DNA of 64,000 nt, taken from the NCBI GenBank assembly GCA_039024555.1, contig JBCCQQ010000014.1:32001-96000 (forward strand), written 5' to 3'. Both the position numbers and the translations under genes were made by a program. The notes under the pieces are model-generated. The model was not told the DNA's origin, searched no databases, and saw nothing but the letters and a program-made list of their open reading frames with translations. The DNA is from Cyanobacteria bacterium P01_D01_bin.156. Lineage in GTDB: Bacteria; Cyanobacteriota; Cyanobacteriia; Phormidesmidales; Phormidesmidaceae. Numbering within the stretch: the first letter of the stretch is position 1; each line of letters begins with the position of its first letter. This document shows, piece by piece, positions 18,361-28,235 of the stretch.

Positions 18361-21300
18361 TTATGATGCTAAACCTAAGCGTTGTGAGTTATTGGATTTA
18401 GATCGATGAATCAACAAATGTGCTGCAGGAATAAAGTACAGCGCCAATAGCGTTGCCCCCCCTAATCCTCCGGCAATGGCAATTGCCAACGGCGGCCAAA
18501 ATCCAGTGGAATCTAATAACAGCGGCGTAAAGCCAATAATTGTTGTTACCGTTGTTGCCACCACATGGCGCGTCGCCTTCATCACTACCTGCCGTGTGGC
18601 CGCCGCATCTCCCTTTCGTGCCAGCGGATCGTCCCGTAGTGCGGCCAACACAACAATCGAGTCATTAATGGCTAAGCCAATTAAACCCAGGGTGCCAAGG
18701 ATAGCCGTAAAGCCAAATAGCGAGTTAAACAACCACAGTGCCATGGCCGCTAGGCCCACAGCAGCCACCGCAACAACCGCCAGCAATCCAGCCAAGGCAA
18801 AGGAATAAAACGACAATACCAACGTTGCCGTCATCAACACCACCAAAACACCCACGGTCGACAACAGATTACCCACCGCCGAACCCCGCGCATCGGCTTC
18901 GCCTCCATAGCTCAGGCGATAGCCCGTAGGCAGTTCAAAGCCTTGGTCTTCCAACGCGGTTTGAAACTCGGCTAAAACGTTGCTGGGCAAAGAGCCCGCT
19001 GTAATAAACGCCTGTACCGTATTTACTCGCTGCCCATCTTCTCGGGCAATGGTGTTGAGCTCCGGTTTTAGATTGACGGAGGCCACCGCAGAAAAGGGAA
19101 CCGTAGTGCCGTGGGCGCTAAGCAAATCTACAGAGGCAATGCTGGCCAGGTCACCTCTTTCCTCTTTGGGTAGCTGTACCCGCACCGGAATATCTTCGGT
19201 GTCTTCGAGAATGGAGCCGCCAAGCTGACCGTCTAGGAGAGTGCTGAGTTGGGCTGCGATCGCACCGTTACTCAACCCCGCTCGTCTAGCCGCTGCTTCA
19301 TCCACATCTAGCGCCAATTTTGGCGACAGTTCTGTCAGCGTTGCCCTGGTGTGGGTCACACCATTCAGCTGAGATAACATCAGCCGTAGGTCGTTGCCCA
19401 AGGTTCTCAGCTGCTCTAGATCCGGCCCATACAGACTCACTTCAATGGGCGCATCAAAGGGCGGTCCCTGTTCTAATTGTTTGACCAAAATTTGGGCATC
19501 GGGAAAGGCCGCATCCAGTTCGCTTTGTAATGTGCGAATGGTGCCCTGCAAGTCATCTGTGGATTCTAGCTGAACAATACCCTGGGCATATTCAGCAGCA
19601 TTACGACGACTGCCCACCACGTTATAGAAAAATGTTGGTGCGCTTTTGCCTAGGAACCAGTGGATGTCCTTAACGGCTGGATGTTGCTGGATGCGATCGC
19701 GAATAGCCAAAGTTTGATCACGGGTAACCGATAGGGCACTCGATGCCGGTCGTTCCAATTCAATCTGAAACTGGTCGCGATTGGTAGGCGGAAAAAACTG
19801 TTGTGGCAAACTGGCAAACTGAATAAAGCCCACCACAGGCAGCACCATAGCCACTAATATTCCTAAAATCGGACGACGAAAAACAGCCCTCAGACTTCCT
19901 TCATAAAGGCTAGAAAGCCATTGATTGGAACAGCCGCCAACAGCCCAATGTCTTGATTGTGCCAACGGCTGCCAACGATACACCAGACCCGCCAACGCGG
20001 CTAACACCGTCAATGACAAGGTTAACGAACTCAGCAGAGCCAAAATCACCGTACTGCCAATGGTGCCAATAAATTCTCCCGTCCCACCGGGCGAAGTGGC
20101 AATGGGCACAAATGCCAACACGGTTGTTAAGGTTGACGCCAGTAGAGGTATGGTCAAGTGCTTAACCGTCTGTGCCACCGCTTCCGCCGGACGACCGCCT
20201 TGTTGTAGGTGCACCCGCACCTCATCCACTACCACAATGGCATTATCAATCAACAGCCCCAGGGCAATAATTAACCCCGTTACCGACATCTGGTGTAAGG
20301 GAATGCCCAATGTCTTCATGCTGCCAAACACCATCAGGGTAGACAGGGGCAGCGCTATGCCAACAATCAAAGCCGAACGCCAGCCCAACACAATCAAGGA
20401 AATGGCAATCACTAAAACAGAGCTCAGCAAGAGATTGCCAATGACTCCATTTAACCGAGCTTGTACATATCGGCTTTGATCTAAGATCACGTTGAGGCCC
20501 AAGCCATCGGATAGGTTAGCTTCAAACGCTGCTAGCACCTTTCTTGCCTGAATGGCCCACTGGTCCACACGATAGTCAGACTGCACGGTAGCAGCCACCA
20601 CAATGGCGGGTTTTCCAGCGACTAGGGCTAGGTCCGAAACGGGATATTGCACCCCCTTGGTTACCTGGGCAATATCCCCTAATTGAGCAATCTGTCCCGC
20701 TGCTCCCACTTGAATGGGAATCGCTCGCACCCGATCTAACGAATCGAGCGCACTATCTATCTCGAATAAAAGTTCTGTATTGCCGCCCTGGAGTTCTCCG
20801 GTAGAGACTTTTGCATCGCTGGCCCCAATCTGCTGTGACAGCTGCTGCGCGCTAAGGCCGAGTCGTAGCAAATTCGCCTGGGCGACTTCCACCTGAATCT
20901 CTTCATTGGGTTCTCCAAATATTTCCACTCGGTCGGTGCCGGGGATATTTCGCAAGTTAGCTTCTAAGTCCTCGGCCACCCGTCGTAAAATGGCATAGTT
21001 AACAGATTCATTTAGATCCCAAGTCAGTCCCACAATAATGGCATTGGCCTTTACTTCAGAATCTTCGTACTCTGGACGACTGGCCTCAGCGGGTAGTTCA
21101 GGAATCACATCATCAATTTGACTCCGTACCTTGGCCCACACGGGCTCTACATTGGCCACTGTTTCCTTTATTTCTACGGTCACCACCGACAGCCCAGGAC
21201 TAGAGGAGGAGCTAATTTCTTCAACCTCTTCAATATCGGATAGTTCTTCCTCTATTTTGTCGGTTACCAGGGATTCCACCCGTTCCGCACTTGCCCCTGG

Positions 21301-21447
21301 AAAAATCGTTGTTACCGTTGACACTCGCTGTACGATCTCAGGATCTTCTAATCGAGGCAATGACAAAAAGGCAGAAAGCCCCCAGACAATCACCAACGTC
21401 AGGGTTAAAAACAACAGCTGTCGATTTCGAAAAAACAAATTAAACAT
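18361..21447 (-). CDS. RND efflux permease (AcrB family)
   Basis: 1028 aa; FPGASAERVE, GLLIDNAIVV, FFPPTNR, GGEAD; two large periplasmic loops. Confidence 0.95.
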   Translation of the reverse strand: MFNLFFRNRQLLFLTLTLVIVWGLSAFLSLPRLEDPEIVQRVSTVTTIFPGASAERVESLVTDKIEEELSDIEEVEEISSSSSPGLSVVTVEIKETVANVEPVWAKVRSQIDDVIPELPAEASRPEYEDSEVKANAIIVGLTWDLNESVNYAILRRVAEDLEANLRNIPGTDRVEIFGEPNEEIQVEVAQANLLRLGLSAQQLSQQIGASDAKVSTGELQGGNTELLFEIDSALDSLDRVRAIPIQVGAAGQIAQLGDIAQVTKGVQYPVSDLALVAGKPAIVVAATVQSDYRVDQWAIQARKVLAAFEANLSDGLGLNVILDQSRYVQARLNGVIGNLLLSSVLVIAISLIVLGWRSALIVGIALPLSTLMVFGSMKTLGIPLHQMSVTGLIIALGLLIDNAIVVVDEVRVHLQQGGRPAEAVAQTVKHLTIPLLASTLTTVLAFVPIATSPGGTGEFIGTIGSTVILALLSSLTLSLTVLAALAGLVYRWQPLAQSRHWAVGGCSNQWLSSLYEGSLRAVFRRPILGILVAMVLPVVGFIQFASLPQQFFPPTNRDQFQIELERPASSALSVTRDQTLAIRDRIQQHPAVKDIHWFLGKSAPTFFYNVVGSRRNAAEYAQGIVQLESTDDLQGTIRTLQSELDAAFPDAQILVKQLEQGPPFDAPIEVSLYGPDLEQLRTLGNDLRLMLSQLNGVTHTRATLTELSPKLALDVDEAAARRAGLSNGAIAAQLSTLLDGQLGGSILEDTEDIPVRVQLPKEERGDLASIASVDLLSAHGTTVPFSAVASVNLKPELNTIAREDGQRVNTVQAFITAGSLPSNVLAEFQTALEDQGFELPTGYRLSYGGEADARGSAVGNLLSTVGVLVVLMTATLVLSFYSFALAGLLAVVAVAAVGLAAMALWLFNSLFGFTAILGTLGLIGLAINDSIVVLAALRDDPLARKGDAAATRQVVMKATRHVVATTVTTIIGFTPLLLDSTGFWPPLAIAIAGGLGGATLLALYFIPAAHLLIHRSKSNNSQRLGLAS

Positions 21448-21543
21448 AACAGTTTGCTATTTTGCAGGGCTTGACCGGCTCCAGAACTCAAATCTGCTGC
21501 AGCGACCACTGTGTTTATGGCTAAACGCACAGTCATTTCCACA

Positions 21544-22836
21544 CTAGTTTTGGACAATCTGTCCAGGCACCAGACGATGGGTACCGCTCGTAATAATCTT
21601 TTCTCCTGGCTGTATAAGTCCTCTAACAAAAGCCTGATCGCTTTCGGTATAGAGCACCTCGACATCTCGGCGAGCTACCTCATACAGATCCACAGTCGTT
21701 TGCTCGTCGGGAGTGGCCAATACATAGGCCGACCATAGCCCCCGCTCTCCTGCAACAAGGGCGCTGGTGGGTAGCCAATAGCCCGTTTCATTCTGTTGGT
21801 CTTTTAGGCGTAGTCGTGCCGTTGCCCCAATGGTGAGCTGGGCGTCAGGGGGTAGTGTCACCACGACAGTAACGGTTTGACTAGCATCGTCTAGCTCCGG
21901 CAACAGTGCGGTCACCGGCCCGGTCCAGGTTTGTCCATTAACTTCAACAGCCTGAGAACTTCCCATCCTGAGACGACTGGCCATTTGATTGGGAATGCCA
22001 ATACGAGCTTCTAAAGCATTGTTTTCCACCAGACGCATAACCGTTTGCCCCGGACTCACCACCGCGCCTTCATCCACCAGCCTCAGTGCAACTCGACCAT
22101 CAAAAGGAGCGACAATCACACTTTTAGCAATGGATACATCCAAATTTTTGAGGCTTGCTTCAATTTGGTCCACTTGAGCATCCTGGGCACTCACCTGTTC
22201 AATGCGAGTACCGGCCTGCAGCTCATCTAACTGACTTTGGGCCTGTTGCAAGCGACTTTCAAGGGCAGAGGCACCAAATGCGGCTTCGTCTCGTTCTTCT
22301 AGAGAAATTGCCCCTTGAAGGTAGAGATCTTCCCGGCGCTCCTGCTGTAGACGGGCTAGCTGCAGCTGAGCCTGCAGATCCTGTACCGCCGCCCCAGCTG
22401 CAGCAATATCTTCCGGTCGCGGACCGCGTTGTAGTTCTTGAAAACGGGCCTGGGCCTGGCGACGCTGGGCCTGTAGCTGCTGTTTTTGGGCCTGTAAATT
22501 ACGGGTATCTAAACGGGCCAGGGGAGTTCCCTGGGCAACGGTTTCGCCCTCATCTACGAGAACCTCGATGAGGGTACCCGCTTGCTCAAACCCGAGATCG
22601 CTACTGCGTCGGGCGACAATTTCCCCCGTGTAGGTACGTTCTACCTGATAGTCGCTCGCTCGTTCCAAAACTTGAGCTTGAACGGAGAGGGGAACAGCAG
22701 GATTTTCTGCCACAGCCATTCCTGAACGAAAACGACCTAGCCACAAGGCGGGCACGACCACAACGGGCAATAGCCACAACCATTTCCAATTAATATTTCC
22801 GGCACCTGGGGAGGAGTTAGACGGTGATAGGACCAT
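21544..22836 (-). CDS. RND periplasmic adaptor (membrane fusion protein)
   Basis: Lipoyl-like halves (VDEGETV, IVAPFDG) around a long coiled coil. Confidence 0.93.
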   Translation of the reverse strand: MVLSPSNSSPGAGNINWKWLWLLPVVVVPALWLGRFRSGMAVAENPAVPLSVQAQVLERASDYQVERTYTGEIVARRSSDLGFEQAGTLIEVLVDEGETVAQGTPLARLDTRNLQAQKQQLQAQRRQAQARFQELQRGPRPEDIAAAGAAVQDLQAQLQLARLQQERREDLYLQGAISLEERDEAAFGASALESRLQQAQSQLDELQAGTRIEQVSAQDAQVDQIEASLKNLDVSIAKSVIVAPFDGRVALRLVDEGAVVSPGQTVMRLVENNALEARIGIPNQMASRLRMGSSQAVEVNGQTWTGPVTALLPELDDASQTVTVVVTLPPDAQLTIGATARLRLKDQQNETGYWLPTSALVAGERGLWSAYVLATPDEQTTVDLYEVARRDVEVLYTESDQAFVRGLIQPGEKIITSGTHRLVPGQIVQN

Positions 22837-22842
22837 AGTTTA

Positions 22843-22920
22843 ATACCCAAATAGTTGATATCCAAACAGTTGATATTCAACTTGTTACCTATTAAGTCGT
22901 AGCGTATACTCAACATGTTG
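22843..22920. promoter_or_regulatory. Array of putative PadR operator boxes in the divergent promoter
   Basis: Three tandem 15-mers ATACCCAAATAGTTG/ATATCCAAACAGTTG/ATATTCAACTTGTTA, plus ATACTCAACATGTTG. Confidence 0.65.
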
Positions 22921-22953
22921 GATATGTCAACGTTCGTTAAGTCGGCAAACTTT

Positions 22954-23505
22954 ATGGCCCTAGCCCACACCATCCTCGCGCTGCTGGCGCAGCAACCCAA
23001 TAGCGGATACGACATTAGTAAGCGTTTTGATGAAGGTCTGAGCTGCTATTGGAAAGCGTCTCAACAGCAGGTATATCGAGAGCTAGGGAAAATGGAGGCC
23101 CAGGGTTGGGTCGATTTTAAGAAGGTGCCTCAAGATGGCAAACCGGACAAAAAGATCTACAACATTACCGATGCAGGCTGGGTGGAGCTCACGCGCTGGT
23201 ATGCCGAACCGACGGAACGCACTCAAATTCGAGAAGACTTGCTGGTCAAGGTAATGATTGGCTACAAGATGCCGAGGGAAATACTGCTCAAGGAATTGCA
23301 CCATCGTCAGGCACTGCATCAGGCTCAGCTAGACGAGTATCACACTATGGAAACCGCCTGCCTCAAAAACCCTGAGCCTTCGGTAGAAATGCAGTTTAAG
23401 TACCTGACTCTCAAACGGGGAATTGCCTATGAGACTAGCTGGCTGCAGTGGTGTGCGGATGTACTCGCTTTTCTGGACCAATACGATGCGGCGCGCGAGG
23501 ATTAA
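22954..23505 (+). CDS. PadR family transcriptional regulator
   Basis: MALAHTILALL...SGYDI...QQVYREL...KPDKKIYNITDAG; divergent from the RND operon. Confidence 0.93.
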   Translation: MALAHTILALLAQQPNSGYDISKRFDEGLSCYWKASQQQVYRELGKMEAQGWVDFKKVPQDGKPDKKIYNITDAGWVELTRWYAEPTERTQIREDLLVKVMIGYKMPREILLKELHHRQALHQAQLDEYHTMETACLKNPEPSVEMQFKYLTLKRGIAYETSWLQWCADVLAFLDQYDAARED

Positions 23506-23600
23506 ATCATCCTTGATGTGCTCAAAGGTACCCCCAAGGGTGATGCGAAAGCCCTACTCACACTCCATACTCAAAGCAGTACTGTAGCACCACAGGTTCT

Positions 23601-24110
23601 ATGGATAAAACAACACTGCTGCAAGAAACTCTTAATTTTCGAGCTTACTGTGATGAAGACTGGCTCGCCGTCTGTAGTATCCACGATCGGGCGCGGCCCT
23701 ACGAACTCAAAGGAAGCTGTAGTCCCCAGGCTTTTGTGCCCCTAGCAGAGGATGCTGAAGACCTCAACAACTTCCATCACTCTGAAAAATTTGTTGCTTA
23801 TATCGGCAACAAAATAGTCGGATTTGTGGGTGTTGATGGCACGTTACTGTCCTGGCTGTATGTGTCTCCCGACTACTTTGGCTATGGCATCGGTCGCGAA
23901 CTATTGGCCTTGGCCCTAGAACTGACGGGTCCCAGGGCCAGAACCATCGTGTTGGCGGGCAATGCCCGTGCCCGGCACTTATATGAAAAGGCAGGCTTCG
24001 AGAGCATTCATACCTTCGAAAGTACTAATGCCGGCTACCCGTGTAATTGTTTAGAACTCGCCCTCAGGCAAGAGAGCGTGAGCCAACAATCACAATCTCA
24101 TGCCGCTTAG
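23601..24110 (+). CDS. GNAT family N-acetyltransferase
   Basis: LYVSPDYFGYGIGRELL and NARARHLYEKAGF. Confidence 0.9.
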   Translation: MDKTTLLQETLNFRAYCDEDWLAVCSIHDRARPYELKGSCSPQAFVPLAEDAEDLNNFHHSEKFVAYIGNKIVGFVGVDGTLLSWLYVSPDYFGYGIGRELLALALELTGPRARTIVLAGNARARHLYEKAGFESIHTFESTNAGYPCNCLELALRQESVSQQSQSHAA

Positions 24111-24232
24111 GAATCGCAAGTTTCAGACTTTGTTGTCCCGCTAATTACCCAACAAAGGATTGGACAAAATACAGCGCAGTAAACAGCTAAAACGGCAATT
24201 AATTCAGCAGTGTTCAGAGCATTAGATGTCAT
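24107..24232 (-). CDS. Unannotated 41-aa single-TM peptide downstream of a glutamine riboswitch
   Basis: MTSNALNTAELIAVLAVYCAVFCPILCWVISGTTKSETCDS*; GGAGG RBS 8 nt upstream. Confidence 0.7.
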   Translation of the reverse strand: MTSNALNTAELIAVLAVYCAVFCPILCWVISGTTKSETCDS

Positions 24233-24262
24233 AAGATTCGCCTCCAAATAACGCATCGAAGA

Positions 24263-24338
24263 GGCGCGTTCCTTCGGGATAGGTTCCCTACTTCCGTCCT
24301 TTGAGCTGTGAAGTTCTTAAGTTCAAGGGATGAACGGG
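24263..24338 (-). ncRNA. Glutamine riboswitch (glnA RNA motif, class I)
   Basis: Minus strand CGTTCATC-[P2]-GACGGAAGTA-GGGAacctaTCCC-GAAGGAACGCGCC; P1 CGTTC/GAACG; TAAAAT -10-like box at 24351-24356. Confidence 0.85.
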
Positions 24339-24428
24339 CTCTATGGCTATATTTTAGACTAGCCTTTACCGAACAATCAGTACGGGTAGCCGAAACAGCA
24401 GCATTTTACACAGAAAACAACAATAGGA

Positions 24429-24851
24429 TTACTGGGTATCCGGGTTGATGGGCGCGATGTACTGCTGATTCGCTCGAACATAGCAGGTATAAGAAATCGC
24501 TACGCTGTCAGTCACCCGCTGACGTACATCCATTAGGCTGGCTCTGACTTTAAGCCATGGCCGACCGTCCACAGTCTCAATGGCATCGCCTTGGTCAAAA
24601 ACAGAATCTACAACCGCGCCATAGGCTAGGGTTACAACGACATCCCCGTTGGCATCCCGGCAGTTGAAACCGGCTTTATCTGCTTCAATAATCAGCCACT
24701 GCCAGTGGGGATAGGTCCCTCGGTTCCCCTGGACCCTGGCCGAGAGAAAATCACCATTCGCATTTGTACCGGGTACGTCCGCCATTTGAGCCTGTGCTGC
24801 AGATGAGCAAATACAGACTAAAACTAGCGACCCTAGAAACCTACGAATCAT
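24429..24851 (-). CDS. Secreted hypothetical protein
   Basis: Signal peptide MIRRFLGSLVLVCICSSAAQA followed by a beta-rich domain. Confidence 0.7.
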   Translation of the reverse strand: MIRRFLGSLVLVCICSSAAQAQMADVPGTNANGDFLSARVQGNRGTYPHWQWLIIEADKAGFNCRDANGDVVVTLAYGAVVDSVFDQGDAIETVDGRPWLKVRASLMDVRQRVTDSVAISYTCYVRANQQYIAPINPDTQ

Positions 24852-24969
24852 CAGCAAAGAACTCCTAAACTTAGGTTGAGCAATGGCATAGTCCCCGATG
24901 CCACTATAGGTAAACAACCTCGCTCAGCACCATCCGAAAAATGTCTTAATTGGCTAGCCGCAATAACAA

Positions 24970-25000
24970 AACATGCGCCCATAAACTATGGACGCATGTT
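24970..25000 (-). terminator. Terminator after the di-heme protein gene
   Basis: AACATGCGCCCATA-aac-TATGGACGCATGTT hairpin, T-rich tail on the minus strand. Confidence 0.65.
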
Positions 25001-25045
25001 AAGAACGTTTGGGGTTGTGGCTACTGCAGGGATTACCCCTATGGT

Positions 25046-26428
25046 CTACAGAGACTGTAGGAAGCGGACCAGAGCATCACGATCCTCAGCAGACATGGCT
25101 TCAAACGCAGCTTTGGAGCTTTCGGCTTCACCACCATGCCACAGGATAGCTTCTTCAAACGTGCGGGCACGACCATCGTGCAGATACCCAGAGTACGGCA
25201 GCACAGCTTGGGCTAGACCAACGCCCCACAGGGAGGGAGTGCGCCATTCTTTACCCGTTGCTTCATAGTCAGCGCGATTATCCGCCAGGGCATCTCCCAT
25301 ATTATGGAGCAGCATATCCGTGTAAGGATGAATATCCTGGTTTTCGAGAGCCGGATATTTGTGACTGCCCGTACGGAAGCTGGATACATGACAGGCCACG
25401 CAGCTAGCATCGGTAAAGAGTTGTTCACCCTGCTGTACCTGGGGATCGTCCATGAGGGTGCGGGCTGGGGCAGCCAATGTCTGAGCATAGGCCGCAGCTA
25501 GAACCAGCTTTTCTTGGTCAATTTCTGCAGAGCCATCTTCCCCTGGGAACATCGGGCTAGTAATCCCCATATCGTTGACGTAGGCATCGGCACTCTGTTG
25601 CAAAAGATTAGGCGCATTCGCCTTCCAACCGAAGCGACCCAGAGCAACCTCCTGGGCCTGTTCGTCCCAGACGCGGTTAGGACGTCCAGAAATGCCATCA
25701 CCGTCGACATCATCCGGATCGGCGAGGGCAAGAATGTCGTCCTCAGGAATAGCTTCTAGCAAGCCTAATCCGTAGACATGGGGAGGAATACGAGGAGAAA
25801 CTTGAACAGTCTCTGGTAAGGGTTCACCGTTGGCCAGGGTGACATTGAACTGGGGAGAGCGCAATCGGTAAGGCGTGCCATCAGCGTAGCTACCAGCCTG
25901 TTCTTTCCAAAGAATCTCAACCTTAGCTTCTGGAGTTTCGCCGACAATGCTAAAGTCTTGCACCTGGTTACCTAAACCTGCCACGGGAGGGGCATTCTTG
26001 AGAGCGTCGGCCTTATCAACCACCGCCGCCGCTTCTCCATCAGTCACCCGTAATAATAGCTGGCCGGGTTCTGGCATACCGCGACCGTTGCGAATATGGC
26101 AGCTAACACAGGACACGTTATTAAAGACCGGCCCTAGACCGGACCTTTCTGTGCCAGGGGTGGACACAAACGCTTCTTCAAAGACCTCATCACCCAGATC
26201 ATGATCTACGGTTTCCCACTCAACCAAGTTGGGTGGAGCCTCTTCATAGGCGCTAGATGTGCGGTTAAAAGTAGTTGCGTCCCCTGCAGAAGCTACTGGA
26301 GAGATCTGGGCATTAACGGCACTAGAAAGAACGATGCCTCCTAAAGCAGTCAGTAACGTTGTGAGTAGCACAACTAGAGCGAAGCGTAAGCGCTTGGAAA
26401 AAGCCCCTAAGGCTCGTCGAAATTGCAT
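25046..26428 (-). CDS. Di-heme oxidoreductase (DUF1111/DHOR family), secreted
   Basis: GLGPVFNNVSCVSCH, GRFGWKA, CVACH, EWRTPSLWG, YLHDGRART, WHGGEA. Confidence 0.92.
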   Translation of the reverse strand: MQFRRALGAFSKRLRFALVVLLTTLLTALGGIVLSSAVNAQISPVASAGDATTFNRTSSAYEEAPPNLVEWETVDHDLGDEVFEEAFVSTPGTERSGLGPVFNNVSCVSCHIRNGRGMPEPGQLLLRVTDGEAAAVVDKADALKNAPPVAGLGNQVQDFSIVGETPEAKVEILWKEQAGSYADGTPYRLRSPQFNVTLANGEPLPETVQVSPRIPPHVYGLGLLEAIPEDDILALADPDDVDGDGISGRPNRVWDEQAQEVALGRFGWKANAPNLLQQSADAYVNDMGITSPMFPGEDGSAEIDQEKLVLAAAYAQTLAAPARTLMDDPQVQQGEQLFTDASCVACHVSSFRTGSHKYPALENQDIHPYTDMLLHNMGDALADNRADYEATGKEWRTPSLWGVGLAQAVLPYSGYLHDGRARTFEEAILWHGGEAESSKAAFEAMSAEDRDALVRFLQSL

Positions 26429-26563
26429 ATCAACTAGGTATTGGTAGATTACACATGTAGTCGGTCAAAAACCGCCGCGCCTAAAGCAGTATCAGGCTAA
26501 AGCAACACCTCTGTAGACATTGTTGCTGAGAGCAGCTGCTCAGGTGTCTAAAATTGTTGACGG

Positions 26564-27661
26564 CTAGTTTTGGACCAGTGGCAACACTTCGGTTTCCAAT
26601 AGTTCAAAGGCTAACTCAAGGGATGCCTGGGCCTGGACCAGTGATGCTACATCGTTGGGATTACCCATGGCCTGCTCAATATTGTCTAGGGCAGACACAA
26701 GAGAAGTTTGAATTTGATCATCAATGGTGGGATTTGCGATCGCAACCAGCTCACTCACCCCTGCTATGTCTTCACTAGGTTCACCAACAACGCCTAAATA
26801 GGCCGACTGAATTCCCTGTAAACTGCTGTTCAAAAGCTGTAAGGTAGTTGCATCAGGAGTCTCAGCCATCATCGCCGATGTTTCAACAATGTCAGGTAGC
26901 TCCTCACCTGCCACCACATCTAAGCTATTGATAATGGTTCGAACAATCTCTTCAGACCCCGCCTGCACCGACAAATAGGCAGCATTCCCTGGACTACCCG
27001 CCGTCGATAGCAGCGTACTATAAGCCGGGTAGCTATTCCACCCCGCCTGCCACACAGTCAAGATATCCGTAGTCACTTCCTGTGCCCTGACTGTCAGGGC
27101 TGTAAGATAGCGTCGCTCCTGCCTCGAAAAATCAGCAGCTGTTTTCTCACCCTCAGTAGACAACACATAGGCCATCGCCTCAAACCCCTGTAAAGACGGC
27201 AGCAATAATGCCACCTTAAAGTCCTCCGACTCAGCAACATCTGCTAACAGCAGATCGATCCCGGTCTCATCCACAGGAGATTCCAGGGCCGTACTATAGC
27301 CCAATGAATGCACTGGGCCAAAAGCAACAGCATTGCTACTAGCCCATTGAGACACGACATTGAGCCAAGCAGACCGTATCGCGGCCAAGTTCATCTCTGT
27401 CGGCTCACCTTCAAAGGACCGGGCTGCCTGCACTAGACTCTCCATGTGCAACCCCAATGCCTGATATCCAGGAATAATCACTTCGCTAGAGAACTGCCGA
27501 TTCAACTGTTCCATAGCATTTTCCATATCAGGCGTTGCCGCATGGCCAATCCCAGCCCAAAATACGGAAGTAGATACTCCAAGCACGCCCAAAAAGTGTT
27601 TAGGCACAGACAACCATGGACGCTCTCTATTACAGAAAATTGTTGGCATCATAATGCACAC
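26564..27661 (-). CDS. Imelysin-like (Peptidase M75 fold) secreted protein
   Basis: VIIPGY...PTEMNLAAIRSAW...FGPV helical pattern; adjacent to DHOR as in iron-uptake loci. Confidence 0.8.
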   Translation of the reverse strand: MCIMMPTIFCNRERPWLSVPKHFLGVLGVSTSVFWAGIGHAATPDMENAMEQLNRQFSSEVIIPGYQALGLHMESLVQAARSFEGEPTEMNLAAIRSAWLNVVSQWASSNAVAFGPVHSLGYSTALESPVDETGIDLLLADVAESEDFKVALLLPSLQGFEAMAYVLSTEGEKTAADFSRQERRYLTALTVRAQEVTTDILTVWQAGWNSYPAYSTLLSTAGSPGNAAYLSVQAGSEEIVRTIINSLDVVAGEELPDIVETSAMMAETPDATTLQLLNSSLQGIQSAYLGVVGEPSEDIAGVSELVAIANPTIDDQIQTSLVSALDNIEQAMGNPNDVASLVQAQASLELAFELLETEVLPLVQN

Positions 27662-27684
27662 ACCCTCACTAGTAACGACTCTTG

Positions 27685-27728
27685 CAGGTATTAAATTTGT
27701 ATTTTCGAAAATACAAATTTAATACCTG
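27685..27728. repeat. Perfect 44-bp palindrome with no spacer
   Basis: CAGGTATTAAATTTGTATTTTC|GAAAATACAAATTTAATACCTG. Confidence 0.95.
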
Positions 27729-28235
27729 TTAATACCTGCCTCTTTTAACTGACGGCTTATAAAGATTTAGCCCAATAGTCATCTGTCCGCCGTAGCAAGC
27801 GAAACACAAAGATAATATCGGAGTATCGAAACTCAATTCTTAAAATACTATGGAAGACGCCTGAATATGGCAGTAACCATTACACATTACCGTGTCTTAG
27901 GGATTACCCATAGGTAAACGAACATTCTTTGAAACTTGCTATTTCAAGGCATTAAGTCTGTAGCGGTCCGGATCAAGGCGTTTCCTTTCCTTAAAAGATT
28001 TTGAAGGTTATAGAAATTAGTTTCATGCTGGGTTGTTCTAACTAGCCAATAGACAATAACACCAAAAATAGTAATCGCAAAAGTCCTGGCGTTAGTAACA
28101 TCCCAACGCCAGGAAGTAATCAAGAGAGCTGATGGCAAATCTTCTTACGGGCCAGAGACGTGCCTAAGCAACTGTCGAATAGGTCAAAAGACCGTATGCC
28201 AAGGCCATGAAAGTCACCAAAGGTCATACCATCTC

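Noticed and set aside
27944..28138. 64-aa intergenic ORF
   Set aside because: No clear RBS or motif; cannot be supported
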